Below, in pieces: positions 13,301 to 26,543 of a stretch of 64,000 nucleotides of DNA. The stretch comes from Eledone cirrhosa (taxonomy: Eukaryota). Numbering within the stretch: the first letter of the stretch is position 1; each line of letters begins with the position of its first letter. Location: contig OZ024744.1 in assembly GCA_964016885.1 (NCBI GenBank), positions 85,746,001-85,810,000 on the forward strand, given 5' to 3'. The notes under the pieces were generated by a model. That model did not search any database, was not told where the DNA came from, and was given only the letters and a program-made list of their open reading frames with translations. Both the position numbers and the translations under genes were made by a program.

Positions 13301-13755
13301 ATAAACTCTACAGGCATGGAGGTGCCGTCAGCCGGGCATGTCCGAGATGCGCGCAGGGCGACGAAACCGTCCTGCACGCACTCGTCCAGTGTCCGAAAAT
13401 TGCTGACTTGTGGGTTTATGTCGAACACCTGCTGTCGCGTTTAGGACGGATCCAGCTATCATCTGAGTCTATCGTGAGGATTGCCCCGCCCTCCTCCTTT
13501 AGCCGGGAAGGGCAGGCAGTTTTTATCTGTCTGGTGGCCATGGCGAAAGAGATAGTATGGTGGACACGTTTGAAAGGGCTGAAGACGAGCACTTACCTCT
13601 TCGGTGATGCTCTGATTGACTTTTTCAAATTTCATTTGAAAAGGAAAATCAGAGTAGAGAAGGAAGTGCTCTCTTCCCAGCATTTTGTTGAAAGATGGGT
13701 GAGAGAAGCAAGAATGGCCCGAGTGAATGGGCCGACTCTGAGTATATATCTGTAA
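10337..13755 (+). pseudogene. Tx1 ORF2 (APE + RT), 1-nt deletion frameshift near 10754
   Basis: gtggcgact here vs gtgggcgact in copy 2; ORFs 10337-10774 and 10792-13755. Confidence 0.9.
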
Positions 13756-14016
13756 ACTAAAGGTGGAAAACTGGGAGAGGGCACTTGCCTTGGTGGTCAG
13801 GGTCATTGTGGCTTTTTACTGGGCTTTCTCCACAAATGTCCCTCCGAAGTCTCCCCCCTATTGGGGAATTTTTTCATTGTTATTTTCATTGTTATTCTTG
13901 TTACATCCTCTGTTTTTGTTTTTTTACACGCAGAAATGCCCATTTGTACCGTCCTGCATTGTCCTGCACTGTCCTTAATGTCTACTTTATGTAAACCCTT
14001 GTGGTTAATAAAGAAA

Positions 14017-14081
<65 letters not shown>

Positions 14082-14082
<1 letters not shown>

Positions 14083-14908
14083 TTTGTGTCTCAGTCATTG
14101 ATGTTAGTTAACTGGAAACTTTGTTGAAATGAATATCAAGCCACTACCTGCAGCCTCAGATATTCAGGACGTATCGGAGGGTTCTTGCTGTTCCCAGCAA
14201 GCATGCCTTTTGAAGCGTTCCAAAGAGTGTGAAGGGGCCAATTTTCTTTAACCATCCCTGGAAACCTTTTGAGATAGTCCCTAGTGCGCCTATGACAATC
14301 GGGATCACTTTGACTTCATGGCAGTTCCAAATCCTTTTTACCTCCCACTTTAAGTCCTGGTATCGGTTAATTTTCTCCCTCTCCTTCTCTTGCACTCTCG
14401 TGTCGAATGGGCAGGCCACATCTACAATCAGGCACGATCTTTTTTCTTTGTCCACAACCACCAGGTCAGGTCTATTGTGTTCCAGTTTTTTGTCCGTCTG
14501 TATCCTAAAATCCCACAGCACCTTCACCTGATCGTTTTCCATCACCGACTCTGGCTTATGCTCATACCACTTCTCAGAATGTGGTAAACTGTTTACTTTG
14601 CATAGGTGCCAGTGGATCACCCTGCCCATCACATCATGTCTCCAGCCCTTATAGTGGGTCTGGGCTAGGTGTTTACACTCCGATACAATGTGAGCCACAG
14701 TCTTCTCTCTCTCTCTCCACAGATCCTGCACAGTGGGCTGGCCTCCTCCTTGTAAATATGGTGTTTCACCCATTTCAATTTGAGGGCCTGCTCCTGCGCA
14801 GCCATTAACATTCCTTCTGTAGCCTTCTTAAGGTCTCCTCTTTTCAACCAGTTCCATGTCTGTGGATCTCTAAATTCAGTTTTCTCAAAGAAGGTACTAT
14901 GAAGGGAT
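14082..14908 (-). mobile_element. R4/Dong-clade LINE 3' fragment, tail-to-tail with Tx1 copy 3
   Basis: Homologous to the 3' end of 32593-36330; RHD and RPDLVVVD..VDVACP motifs; shares the (TTA)n tract. Confidence 0.9.
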
Positions 14909-17900
14909 CTCAGCACCACCAGCAGCACCAGTAGCGGCAGCAATAGTGGTGCTGCCGAAAAAGGGAACATTTCTTTTTGCAGGTGTCGCCCGAAATATAG
15001 AAACAGTGTTAGTCACAGAGGAGGAGATGGCAGTCGCAAGTGCCATGGTGACAAGAAACGCCAATAGAGTTTCCCTGAAACCTCCACCCGATTTTCTCAA
15101 GGACCAGCAGCTACGGACGGTGACTTACCGGACCGTAAGAAAAATCTCACATAAGGTGGGGAGAGACACGGAGGCTCAAATCCCAAAGGCCTTGGTGTGT
15201 CTGGGCACGCAAAACCCACATCACCCGAGGCAGAAAGTACGCCACAGAAGACGTACTTTTCGCCACCCCCCAGGAAGCAAAGTCTCACTCTTTGGAAACC
15301 CTAAAGAGTGAGGAGATAGTCTTGGTGCCCTCCTACTGCGGGCAGAAAATTGTGAGAGTCAAAGTGACCCAGGTCCCACCCGACGTGCCCATACCTTGGC
15401 TGGCCGCGTCTGTCCTTGCTGGACAGGACGACCATGCTGCAAGTAGAGAAAAATAGGCAGAGAGAACTGGTCAGGTATAGGCATGCAAATGCTTATACAA
15501 ACTGACCAGGAATGTATCGACGCTATCCCCGATATCATAGACATCGAGGAAGGATTCCAACTCCCTATAAGAATAGAAGGAAGACGGCCAAAATGTTATC
15601 TCTGTGGGTCAAAGGGTCACCTCAGGCCTTTTGTCCGCAGAAGACAGCGAAGAAGAAGGCCCCTCTCCTTCCAATACCTGGGCCGCTGCTACCAAGAGCA
15701 GGGCAGGCATCAAACGCAGAAGCTCCTTCCACGGTGAGTAGAAGGGCAACGTCCGTGGCACCCGTACCAAGGCCACGGACAACTAAAGCAGTAGCATCAG
15801 TGACGACAACAGCAGTAGCTAAATTTGCAGTAGCTGCACCAGCAACAAAATTGCCAGAGAGGGCTCCACTACCACCACCAACATCCGTGGAGCACACACC
15901 CCTCCCAGACGCCATGGAATCCGACATGGAGTTTGAGGCGCGAGGGAAGTGGCAAACGGTCTGCCACAAAAAAGAAAAAAGAAAAAACCCTTAGCTTCAC
16001 CCTCCAAAGGCGAAGGCACACAAAGAGGGGTAAAGGCTGCAAGGAGACTTGCAGCAACATCACCACCATCACCACCACAAGCACCACCGCCAACAACAAC
16101 CACACCACCACTAGCCACACCAAAAACATCAACAACGCAAACAAAACAAAACACACACACCAAACAGCAACAAGAAGAAAACAGCAACAAAATCACCCCT
16201 CCCCAAAGAAAAAAGTACACAGCCATAAACATGGCAAAAAAAGAACTCATACAATATATAAAGCAGCACACAGACATCACAGAAAAAACTAATACACCCC
16301 ACCAACACCAAGAACTCTCCCGACGAACATAAGCATCATTGATATCAAAATAGAACAGTACAAACTTTTCAAACAAAAATACCCCAAAGCAGTTGGAGAC
16401 TTCAGAGGGCCAGTTACCAAGAGGATATACACTGACATCCTCTTGGAAACCCGCATGACCAGTCAAAGGGACGGTTCTACTGTGCCTTCACCACACGATC
16501 AAGGTAAGTGACCCTTTCTCAGTTGCCCCGTTTCTCATCCAACATGACCGTACTTAGAATAGGCAGTATAAATGCATGTGGCCTGGGGTCATCTTGGAAG
16601 AAGGGTAACCTGCACAACGACCTCAGGTCATTAAACATAGATGTGGTGGCCATCAGGGAGACTAGAATCTCCGAAGCACGAACCTTCGCACCGATCTTCG
16701 GCGGCTACGATGTATACTCATCTCCCACCCGTCCAGGATCGTGGGGAGGGGTTGCCGTCCTTTTTCGGAGAGGCTTGGATCTCGCCATACGGGCCATAAT
16801 CCTGGACCCAGAAGGTCAGTCGGTGGTGCTGGACGTGACCGGCAGCGAAGGAAATGCTTTCAGGCTAGTAGCCGTCTACGCCCCAACTGGGGCAGGACGG
16901 CCAGATTACTTTAGACGTCTAGAGACCTTTCTTGGAATGTCGCGCTCTTTAGTGTTAGTGGGCGACTGGAATGGTATCTTGGATGCACGATGGGATTGTG
17001 TGGGGCTAGTGGATAGGGGAGGAGGGTGCAAGAGCCTTACCAACCTGTCAGACGTTTTGAATTGTCTGACAGGTATCGACTGGATCACCCGAATGTGCCA
17101 ATGTGGACATGGACAAACCGCATCGGGTCATCCAGATCGTATCTCATAGGGTATTCTGCAGAGAACTAGATAAGGCTAGTATAAGTTGTCCACAATTTAA
17201 AATAGTCGACTACACAGACAACAAATTTGTGATCTGTGAGATCGACATAGACAGACTTCATAGACAAGGGTCCGGTTACTGGAAGCTGAACGCGTCTTTC
17301 CCGGCGCGCTAAGCCTACAGAGACCGGATTAGCGTATTAGTTAAGCGGGCGTTGACGGGAGCGGTCGTCAACAACAGGTGGTGGTTCGCCCTGAAAAGGA
17401 CAATTAAAGTAGAGTCGATTAGGTTTAGCAAAGGACTAGTGATAGAGAAAAATAGAGTAGAGTAAGAGCTAGTCAGAAAGCTAGAATAGGCGTTTAGAAC
17501 AGGCATCGCAACCGACGTGCTTGCGGCGAGATTGGCACTCGACCAAATCTTCAACGCAAAAGACGAAGGGTGCGTTGTCAGAGCTAGAGCGCGTGCTCTG
17601 AAACACGAGGGGACAAAAGCCGTCCAATGGGCCCGGGTGACAGAGGCGCGACGTAGCAACAAAGCCACAATTCGGTTTTTATCTGACGAAAACGGGCGCG
17701 TGTTGCTCGAACCCGAGCAGATGTGTGAGGCTTTTCAGCAACACTTTGCTGGACTGTTGGGGAGCAGCGGCGGGCCGGATCGGGGTATGGACTTCAGTGC
17801 ATACATCGACGGACTGCTTCGGCTCTCGACGACTGCAGCACAGTGTTGCGAAAAGCCAATAACAGCCGGTGAAATATGGGAAGCGATGGCTAACTGCACG

Positions 17901-18780
17901 AGGCGTAAATCGTCGGGTTTAGATGGTCTGCACTACGAGCTTTATGCATTTATGCCAGACTTGTTCGGTGACCTCTTGGTAGACGTCTAATGCAACTGGC
18001 AGCAGAACGTGAGCATTCCCGGTTTTGTGGGACGAGTAGCGGTGGCACTGCTGAGAAAAAATCCGAATAAGGGTGATGTTATCGATAATTTCAGGCCCAT
18101 AACTCTGCTAAACGCAGAATTCAAGATTTTGGCCAACGTGTTTTGTCAAACAGATACTGTCACGTGTAGATCGGATCCGGCTATCGTCCGAATATAGTGA
18201 AGATCGACCCGCCGCCTTCCTTAGGTCAGGAAGAGCAAGCAATTTTCCTCTGTCTGGTGGCAGTTGCGAAAGAGGTTATATGGTGGACCAGGTTAAAAGG
18301 ACTGAAGACAGACACTTTTCTCTTCGGCCAATCCCTCATCAACTTCTTCAAGTTTAACCTGGAAAGGAAGGTGAGGGTGGAGAGAGAAGTGCTGCCCCTC
18401 AGTACATTTGCTAAAAGGTGGATAAATGTGGCGAGAATGGCTCGTGTGAATGGGCTTACTCTGACCATACGCCTATAGGCTAGCTAATTTGGGGAGGAAA
18501 GGGGTGCACTTCCTAGGTGCCCTAGAAGCGCAGGGTGGTTCAGGATTGGTGGTGTACCTGAGTCACCCCTGGGTCGTCAAGCCACGATAGGGGAATTTAT
18601 TTATTTTGTTATATGTATACATAGTTTATTTTATATTTTTTATATCTTCATTGTTAAATTAGTCTTGCCATTGTGCACTTTTACTCGACCTTATTGTAAA
18701 CCTCCACTGTCCCTGTCTTTGTATTGTCCCCTACATGTCGGCCCTAGTATCTAATAAATGAAATCATTATTATTATTATT
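14909..18780 (+). mobile_element. Older, degenerate Tx1 subfamily copy (5'-truncated, RT core deleted near 18145)
   Basis: Fragmented ORF1 (CYLCGSKGHL) and ORF2 homology with stops and frameshifts; jumps from FKILAN to the C-terminal region; AATAAA plus (TTA)n end. Confidence 0.88.
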
Positions 18781-19236
18781 TTGGTGAAGACAACGTTCTG
18801 GCAAGAAAACTCCGAAAAATAGAGAAAATAAAAAGAGAGAAGAAAAAAAAAAAGATAAAAAGGAGAGAAGAAAAATCAACAAAAAAAAAAAATGACCAAT
18901 GAAAATATTAACAACGACAAATAAAATCGACATCCCACACCACATCACTAATAATATATATATATATATATAAACGTAAAAAATGAAACGAAATATCATT
19001 TCCCACTCTTAGTACGGCTGTTACTTAAATATAAGTATGTACACGTACATACATATATGTATACAGACGTACAGTAGTATGTATATATATATACATACTT
19101 GCACACATATATATATGTACGTATGGATTCACCAAACATTTATTATAATGCTCGGTGTGTTTGTAAACAAACATCCCGTATTAAGCCGTAGTGTCTAGCA
19201 ACCACCGTTGCTCGTTTGTTCAACACTGACAAAGGA

Positions 19237-19279
19237 ACGCTGTACTAGTTTCAAGCTTGTTAACTATCGTCAGCAACGT
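19237..19279 (-). ncRNA. Minimal hammerhead ribozyme motif (left-arm copy)
   Basis: Reverse complement of 19314-19356 with one G-U substitution in stem II. Confidence 0.75.
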
Positions 19280-19313
19280 ATTTCGGACGTTCAACTATCT
19301 GGCAGGAAGGTTT

Positions 19314-19356
19314 ACGTTGCTGACGATAGCTAACAAGCTTGAAACTAGTACAGCGT
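19314..19356 (+). ncRNA. Minimal type I hammerhead ribozyme motif
   Basis: acgttg-CTGACGA-t-AGCT-aaca-AGCT-t-GAAAC-TA-GTA/-cagcgt; stem I pairs; palindromic stem III ACTAGT. Confidence 0.8.
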
Positions 19357-19552
19357 TCCTTTGTCAGTGTTGAACAAACGAGCAACGGTGGTTGCTAGAC
19401 ACTACGGCTTAATACGGGATGTTTGTTTACAAACACACCGAGCATTATAATAAATGTTTGGTGAATCCATACGTACATATATATATGTGCGCATGTATGT
19501 ATATATAGATACTACTGTACGTCTGTATACATATATGTATGTACGTATCATA

Positions 19553-19656
<104 letters not shown>

Positions 19657-19692
19657 TAACATATGGAAACTATATTTATGAAACGATATTTA

Positions 19693-19753
19693 TTTCATTA
19701 TACATATTTCAAGGACACCAAAGCAAATTATGCTGCGCTTTCATCAGATAAAA
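19693..19753 (-). ncRNA. Hammerhead ribozyme motif (AUA site)
   Basis: ttttat-CTGATGA-aag..agca-taatt-tgct..ctt-GAAAT-ATGT-ATA/-atgaaa. Confidence 0.7.
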
Positions 19754-19838
19754 TATAATATAGATCTGTTTTATAAACAAATATTTACCTACCCTTAAAA
19801 GAATGCGACCACGTATCCCACAAATTAATTATAACTTC

Positions 19839-19902
<64 letters not shown>

Positions 19903-20055
19903 TTTAATTTGTTATTTTAAAAGTGAGCGTCTTTAATCTGTTATTTTAATCTGTTATTTTAATAAATATTTGCTCTACGGTTCTTATATATTTGATATAT
20001 ATTTATCCTTATCGAGCCCTCTTTGGATTTTAGTCTTCAAATGTATTATTATTAC

Positions 20056-20118
<63 letters not shown>

Positions 20119-20358
20119 TAGAAAGATCGAGTATCGAAAAATCGGCGCACGAGTTCACGATAAACAATATTCGAAATGAGCGGCAGAGGGCTCAATAATT
20201 CAGATGAATCAGAGCTATAACTATCGTTAAAATACCGTCACACATAGAACAAGTCTAAAATCAACCATACGATAAAAAATCGATAATAGAAGATTCGGGA
20301 CAATCAGATAAAAAATATCAATAAAACAATACATCAATAATTTAAATGATATTTGTAT

Positions 20359-20435
<77 letters not shown>

Positions 20436-20438
<3 letters not shown>

Positions 20439-20780
20439 TATATCACCCCGGCATTCGCGGAATTTTTCTTAGAACTTAAATAATAGTTGGTGGAAATCAC
20501 CGCATATTCGCGGAATCATAAATATCTTCCGCGATTTCTTTTTATTGCTTTTTTCGTGGCAAAATATATATTTTTAACGTTAAACTATTAATAACAATAT
20601 ACCGTATTTGCCGGTCTATTGGACGACCCTTCACATAAGACGCTCCCTTTTAAAAATTACATTTTACGTTTCACTTCAACATTTATCGGCATTTTCATGG
20701 ACCACGTCCAACATTTGCGGCTTTTCATACATCGCGGGAGCTCTACGTACTTAACACCCGCGAATACCGGAGGACAACTG
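20436..20780. mobile_element. Tigger/pogo-like MITE
   Basis: TA-CAGT..ccggcattcgcgg and ccgcgaataccgg..ACTG-TA imperfect terminal inverted repeats. Confidence 0.55.
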
Positions 20781-20873
20781 TATATATATATATATAGCCA
20801 TGGAAAAGTGGTAAGGAACCAGGTGGACCATAACGCACCAAAGTACTCAATACTTAGGGTAGTAGAGTGGGTA

Positions 20874-20984
20874 ATAGGAGTAAGTAAGACCCCGACGGCT
20901 GAGCTCAAGCCGTTTCGACGGCTAATTCTGTACAGAATTAGCCGTCGAAACGGCTTGAGCTCAGCCGTCGGGGTCTTACTTACT

Positions 20985-20989
<5 letters not shown>
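20874..20989. repeat. Perfect palindrome (58-bp arms, no spacer) carrying hammerhead 3' halves
   Basis: Centre CTGT|ACAG at 20931/20932; each arm has GAAACGGCT-tgagctc-AGCCGTC; family extends 20797-20989 and recurs at 60820-60965. Confidence 0.9.
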
Positions 20990-21038
<49 letters not shown>

Positions 21039-21042
<4 letters not shown>

Positions 21043-21230
21043 ATATAGAAAAGCTTCTACAGGAGTAGAATTGTTTCATTCATGAAAAATCATCAGGTCA
21101 GCTTCCTGATGATTTATCACGAATGAAACAGTTCTAGTCCTGTAGAAGCTTTTCTATATTAAACTCTGCTTTGTATTGAGTACCTTACATACTGTGGTTA
21201 CCCCCGATTGAACTCGGGATAAACTTATAT
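21039..21230 (+). mobile_element. Hammerhead-bearing element with inverted 5' duplication (arms 21039-21097 / 21105-21163)
   Basis: Inverted arms; tail with TATTGAGTAC; related copies at 62808-62940 and 63065-63200. Confidence 0.75.
21100..21150 (+). ncRNA. Type I hammerhead ribozyme motif
   Basis: AGCTTC-CTGATGA-tttatcacgaat-GAAACAG-ttctagtc-CTGTA/-GAAGCT; perfect 6-bp stem I, 4-bp stem III, weak stem II. Confidence 0.8.
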
Positions 21231-21239
21231 ATAAAGGAA

Positions 21240-21420
21240 CGATCGACTTTCGTCAAATCGGACCGAGGAAACAATGTTTCCATTGGTCTTTCCAATTGTT
21301 AATACTATCTATCAATCGCAACTCCAGGTAGAAGGAGCAACGTGAAATAAAGTGTCTTGCTCAAGGACATGACGCATCACCCGGTTCGGAAATCGAACTT
21401 ACAACCTCACGATTGCGACC
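21240..21420 (-). mobile_element. tRNA-derived SINE (CORE/V-type central box)
   Basis: Minus strand has GTTCGATTTCC box B followed by GTCCTTGAGCAAGACACTT; related copies at 45760-45975 and 58060-58275. Confidence 0.65.
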
Positions 21421-21580
21421 GACGCAAAAATTACACACACACACATACACACATATATATATATATATATATAAAGAGCGGAGCAAGCAATTATCAAACA
21501 ATTCTCTAAATAAATTAAAAAACGATTTAAATAATCACCTGTTCTATTGCTGTTACCGACGGTTTCACCAATCCAAAAAT

Positions 21581-21680
<100 letters not shown>

Positions 21681-21689
21681 TATATATTT

Positions 21690-21786
<97 letters not shown>

Positions 21787-21820
21787 TTACAGTAATCAAA
21801 GTTCAGTTTAAGTCATTTAT

Positions 21821-21869
21821 TTGCTTACAATTGTTTCCTCCAAACCGAGGTTTGGATTCTTCGGAGCAA
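21821..21869 (-). ncRNA. Hammerhead motif, CCGAAGA core variant (left arm)
   Basis: Reverse complement of 22640-22688. Confidence 0.7.
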
Positions 21870-22639
21870 CTATTTATAACATACTTGACCTCCTTTTCAA
21901 CCCAAGAGACACATAAAACATATGCGCATATTGATCAACAGTGGGGTGACATTCATCAAATGAAACAGCATGGCAATTTACATATAAAGTGTTACATGAT
22001 AAAAATAAAATAAAATAAAATAAAATAAACTGGATACGGTTTATAGCTTGACTATATGCTGAACCACTGCGAATTATACGATAGACGCGTGTTCTCTATA
22101 TATATATTGCGTCTCATGGATTATGTGACTGGTGGTGTGAGCAAGGACAGTGGTACGACCGTGCCTACGATACAATAAGGTTTATAGTATGTTGAAGGTT
22201 TTTGATATTTTGGTGTTTCCCCGCTTCCGAGACTGTATATCATACAGATGTATGAGAATTAATGACTTATTAATTCAGCCTATATTATTAGATCGATTGC
22301 CTGCTTCAACTGCCTGACCCTGCAAATATCATTCTGACGCACTCTAATCATGTATAGATAAGACAAGCGTGCATGCTACACGGGAGATTGCTTCATGCAC
22401 TGACTACTCTAAGCTTTCCTCTTGCTTTATCTTCATAGACTGCCAACGCTTCATGTTTATCTTTATTTTCACTCTTGCTTTTATTTTATTTTATTTTATT
22501 TTATTTTTATCATGTAACACTTTATATGTAAATTGCCATGCTGTTTCATTTGATCAATGTCACCCCACTGTTGATCAATATGCGCATATGTTTTATGTGT
22601 CTCTTGGGTTGAAAAGGAGGTCAAGTATGTTATAAATAG

Positions 22640-22688
22640 TTGCTCCGAAGAATCCAAACCTCGGTTTGGAGGAAACAATTGTAAGCAA
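22640..22688 (+). ncRNA. Hammerhead motif, CCGAAGA core variant
   Basis: TTGCT-CCGAAGA-a-TCCAAACC-tc-GGTTTGGA-g-GAAAC-AATT-GTA/-AGCAA; palindromic stem III ACAATTGT. Confidence 0.75.
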
Positions 22689-22893
22689 ATAAATGACTTA
22701 AACTGAACTTTGATTACTGTAATCTCTATATAACTGCTCTGTATAACAACTGATGTTATTACATTGAGCTATTTAACTTACTGGTAATAGGATAGTAATT
22801 AAAGACTATCTCTCACTATTTAGGGTTTGTGTATATATAATATATTACCATCAAAGGTTTTATTGCATACATAACCATAAATAGTACCCTTAA

Positions 22894-22929
<36 letters not shown>

Positions 22930-23038
22930 TAAGGTTAATATATAATATATCTGAGGGTACAATGTACACCCAGAAATATATGGTTGTCTATGATTCAAGG
23001 TGGTTCTATGGTAATAATTTGATATACCAGAACTTAAT

Positions 23039-23298
23039 ATGGAGATAAGCAGAACAAGTAAAATTCAACCAATTTTTCAAAATAAATCAAAATTAATTTA
23101 CAATTAAAATTAATCAAAATTAAAAAATATAATATAAATATTTACCTATTCGGGTGGCTCTTACTGTACAGTTTCACTTTGCAAAACATTAGATATCACA
23201 TGGATAATATTATATTTTTTAATTTTGATTAATTTTAATTGTAAATTAATTTTGATTTATTTAGAAAATTTGGTTGAATTTTACTTGTTCTGCTTATC

Positions 23299-23303
<5 letters not shown>
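23039..23303. repeat. Inverted repeat (~97-bp arms) with a hammerhead relic in the spacer
   Basis: 23039-23136 vs 23207-23303; minus-strand spacer reads CTAATG-ttttgcaaagt-GAAAC-TGTACA-GTA. Confidence 0.8.
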
Positions 23304-23392
<89 letters not shown>

Positions 23393-23593
23393 TATATATA
23401 GTTATGTAATAAACAACATAAGATAATTATTTCATTTACCAATGTCTGTCTTCATTTATCAGAAAATATATTTATTATGGAATAGTGATATGGATTTGAA
23501 AGCAGAGTTTAGGATAAATGAAAGTGAGGCTGAAATAAAATAACGGGCATACATTGACCACTCTCTTTTCCTTTACCTTCCCTGCGGAAATAC

Positions 23594-23624
<31 letters not shown>

Positions 23625-24229
23625 CATAGAATGTAATTTACCATTGAATGAGACGTTGTTGAAAGAAGGGTTGAGTATATTTTGAGTATATAATGAATAG
23701 GGTTTAGTTCCATCAAAGATGCTGTGAAACGTCTTAGAAAAACTGGGGGGAAAAAACCCCAAAACAGGTTCGCTATGGTTATTATGAATAACCCCTCCCC
23801 CCTTGCTTACGCCGTTGAAACAAATGGAAAGAAAAAGACAGCTAAATCTTTGTAGGCGATGGTTCAACCGAAAAAAAAACGGAAAAAAAAACGCATACAA
23901 GAATAGTGAAAGAAAGTTAATGACAATTTGAGTCTTGCATTACGTGGAGTCGATTTGAGCCCTGAATCACTGGAAAATAACTGTATATTGACAAATGTAC
24001 GCAGTTGAAAATTGCAAACTTGACTGTCACCACACATTATGAACCTGAAGATTGCGAAAGCATGAAAGTACTTGTTCAATTAACACTTAACATTTAATAT
24101 TCTATCATCCTATTTCATTATAATACCATTATAAATTTTAAAGGATTGTAAATAAAACGAGTAAATCAGACAAAGTTGGAATTCCTTTTATTAATATAAT
24201 CTTCTATACACAATCATACACACCCGTGT

Positions 24230-25352
<1,123 letters not shown>

Positions 25353-25626
25353 TATATATATATATGTATGTATATAGTAATATTAAACGTGTAAACTAAA
25401 ATCCGAAGAGGGCTCGATAAGGATTATATGTATATATATAATATATATATAAATGTATATAAACAAATTCTAAACCAAATATTCATTAAATGTACAGATT
25501 GAAGTTTAATAAAAAAAAAATCGGTGCTTTCACCATTTTACGGGATTTTCTGAAACAGAAGATACCGTAAAAGGGTGAGAGTAGCGATTCTTTGCTTAAA
25601 CTTTAATCTGTACACACACACACATA

Positions 25627-25693
<67 letters not shown>

Positions 25694-25700
25694 TTATTTA

Positions 25701-25734
<34 letters not shown>

Positions 25735-25762
25735 TGTGTGTGTGTGTGTGTGGTTGTGTGGT

Positions 25763-25870
<108 letters not shown>

Positions 25871-25959
25871 TGTGTGTGTGTGTGTGGTTGTGTGTGAGTG
25901 TGTGTGTGTGTGTGTGGTTGTGTGGTTGTGTGTGTGTGTGTGTATATATATGTGTGTGT

Positions 25960-26017
<58 letters not shown>

Positions 26018-26032
26018 TTGTGTGTGTGTGTG

Positions 26033-26068
<36 letters not shown>

Positions 26069-26543
26069 TATGTATGTAATTAGTCTTAGCGACGGATATT
26101 TCGTCAAATGTTTCTCTGAAATATGCGATTATTCATGATAAGTTGAGGTTTGACATTACTCTAAAGAGTGAAAGGATAGTTAGAGAGAGCGCGAATAGCC
26201 TCTGATACGCGATATAAAGGAAATATGTGTGGTCTTATATCGTAGTAAATCTTTTCTTAAAGACCCTTTAGTCTCTCTGTTACAAATAGCCTCGTGGGAG
26301 GAAGACAATTAATGAAGCAGATATTATATACAGAACAATAATGTAGAAGCCGAACGTTAAAACAAAGTGAAAGGTTCTGGGATATTTCGTGGTCAGGAAA
26401 CATTGGGGATGCAGAGGTTGCTGAAATACGGGAGCTCGAAACCCGATCGGCATGTCCGTGTAATGGAAGAGAAACCTGACAACAAAACTGCAATTATTTT
26501 ACTGACAGATAACAGCCATGTGGTCTACTCGACTCTAAACATA

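Larger units (their letters stand above)
7996..14081 (+). mobile_element. Tx1-clade LINE, full-length copy 3
   Basis: Same 5' end as copy 2 directly after its tail; (TTA)n tail at 14019-14081. Confidence 0.93.
21782..22728. repeat. Inverted repeat, ~250-bp arms (21782-22029 / 22479-22728), ~450-bp spacer
   Basis: Arms near-perfectly complementary; near-identical 60-aa spurious ORFs on both strands. Confidence 0.95.

Noticed and set aside
141-13806. Antisense and alternate-frame ORFs repeated in each Tx1 copy
   Set aside because: Recurrence reflects copy identity; shadows of GC-rich ORF1/ORF2
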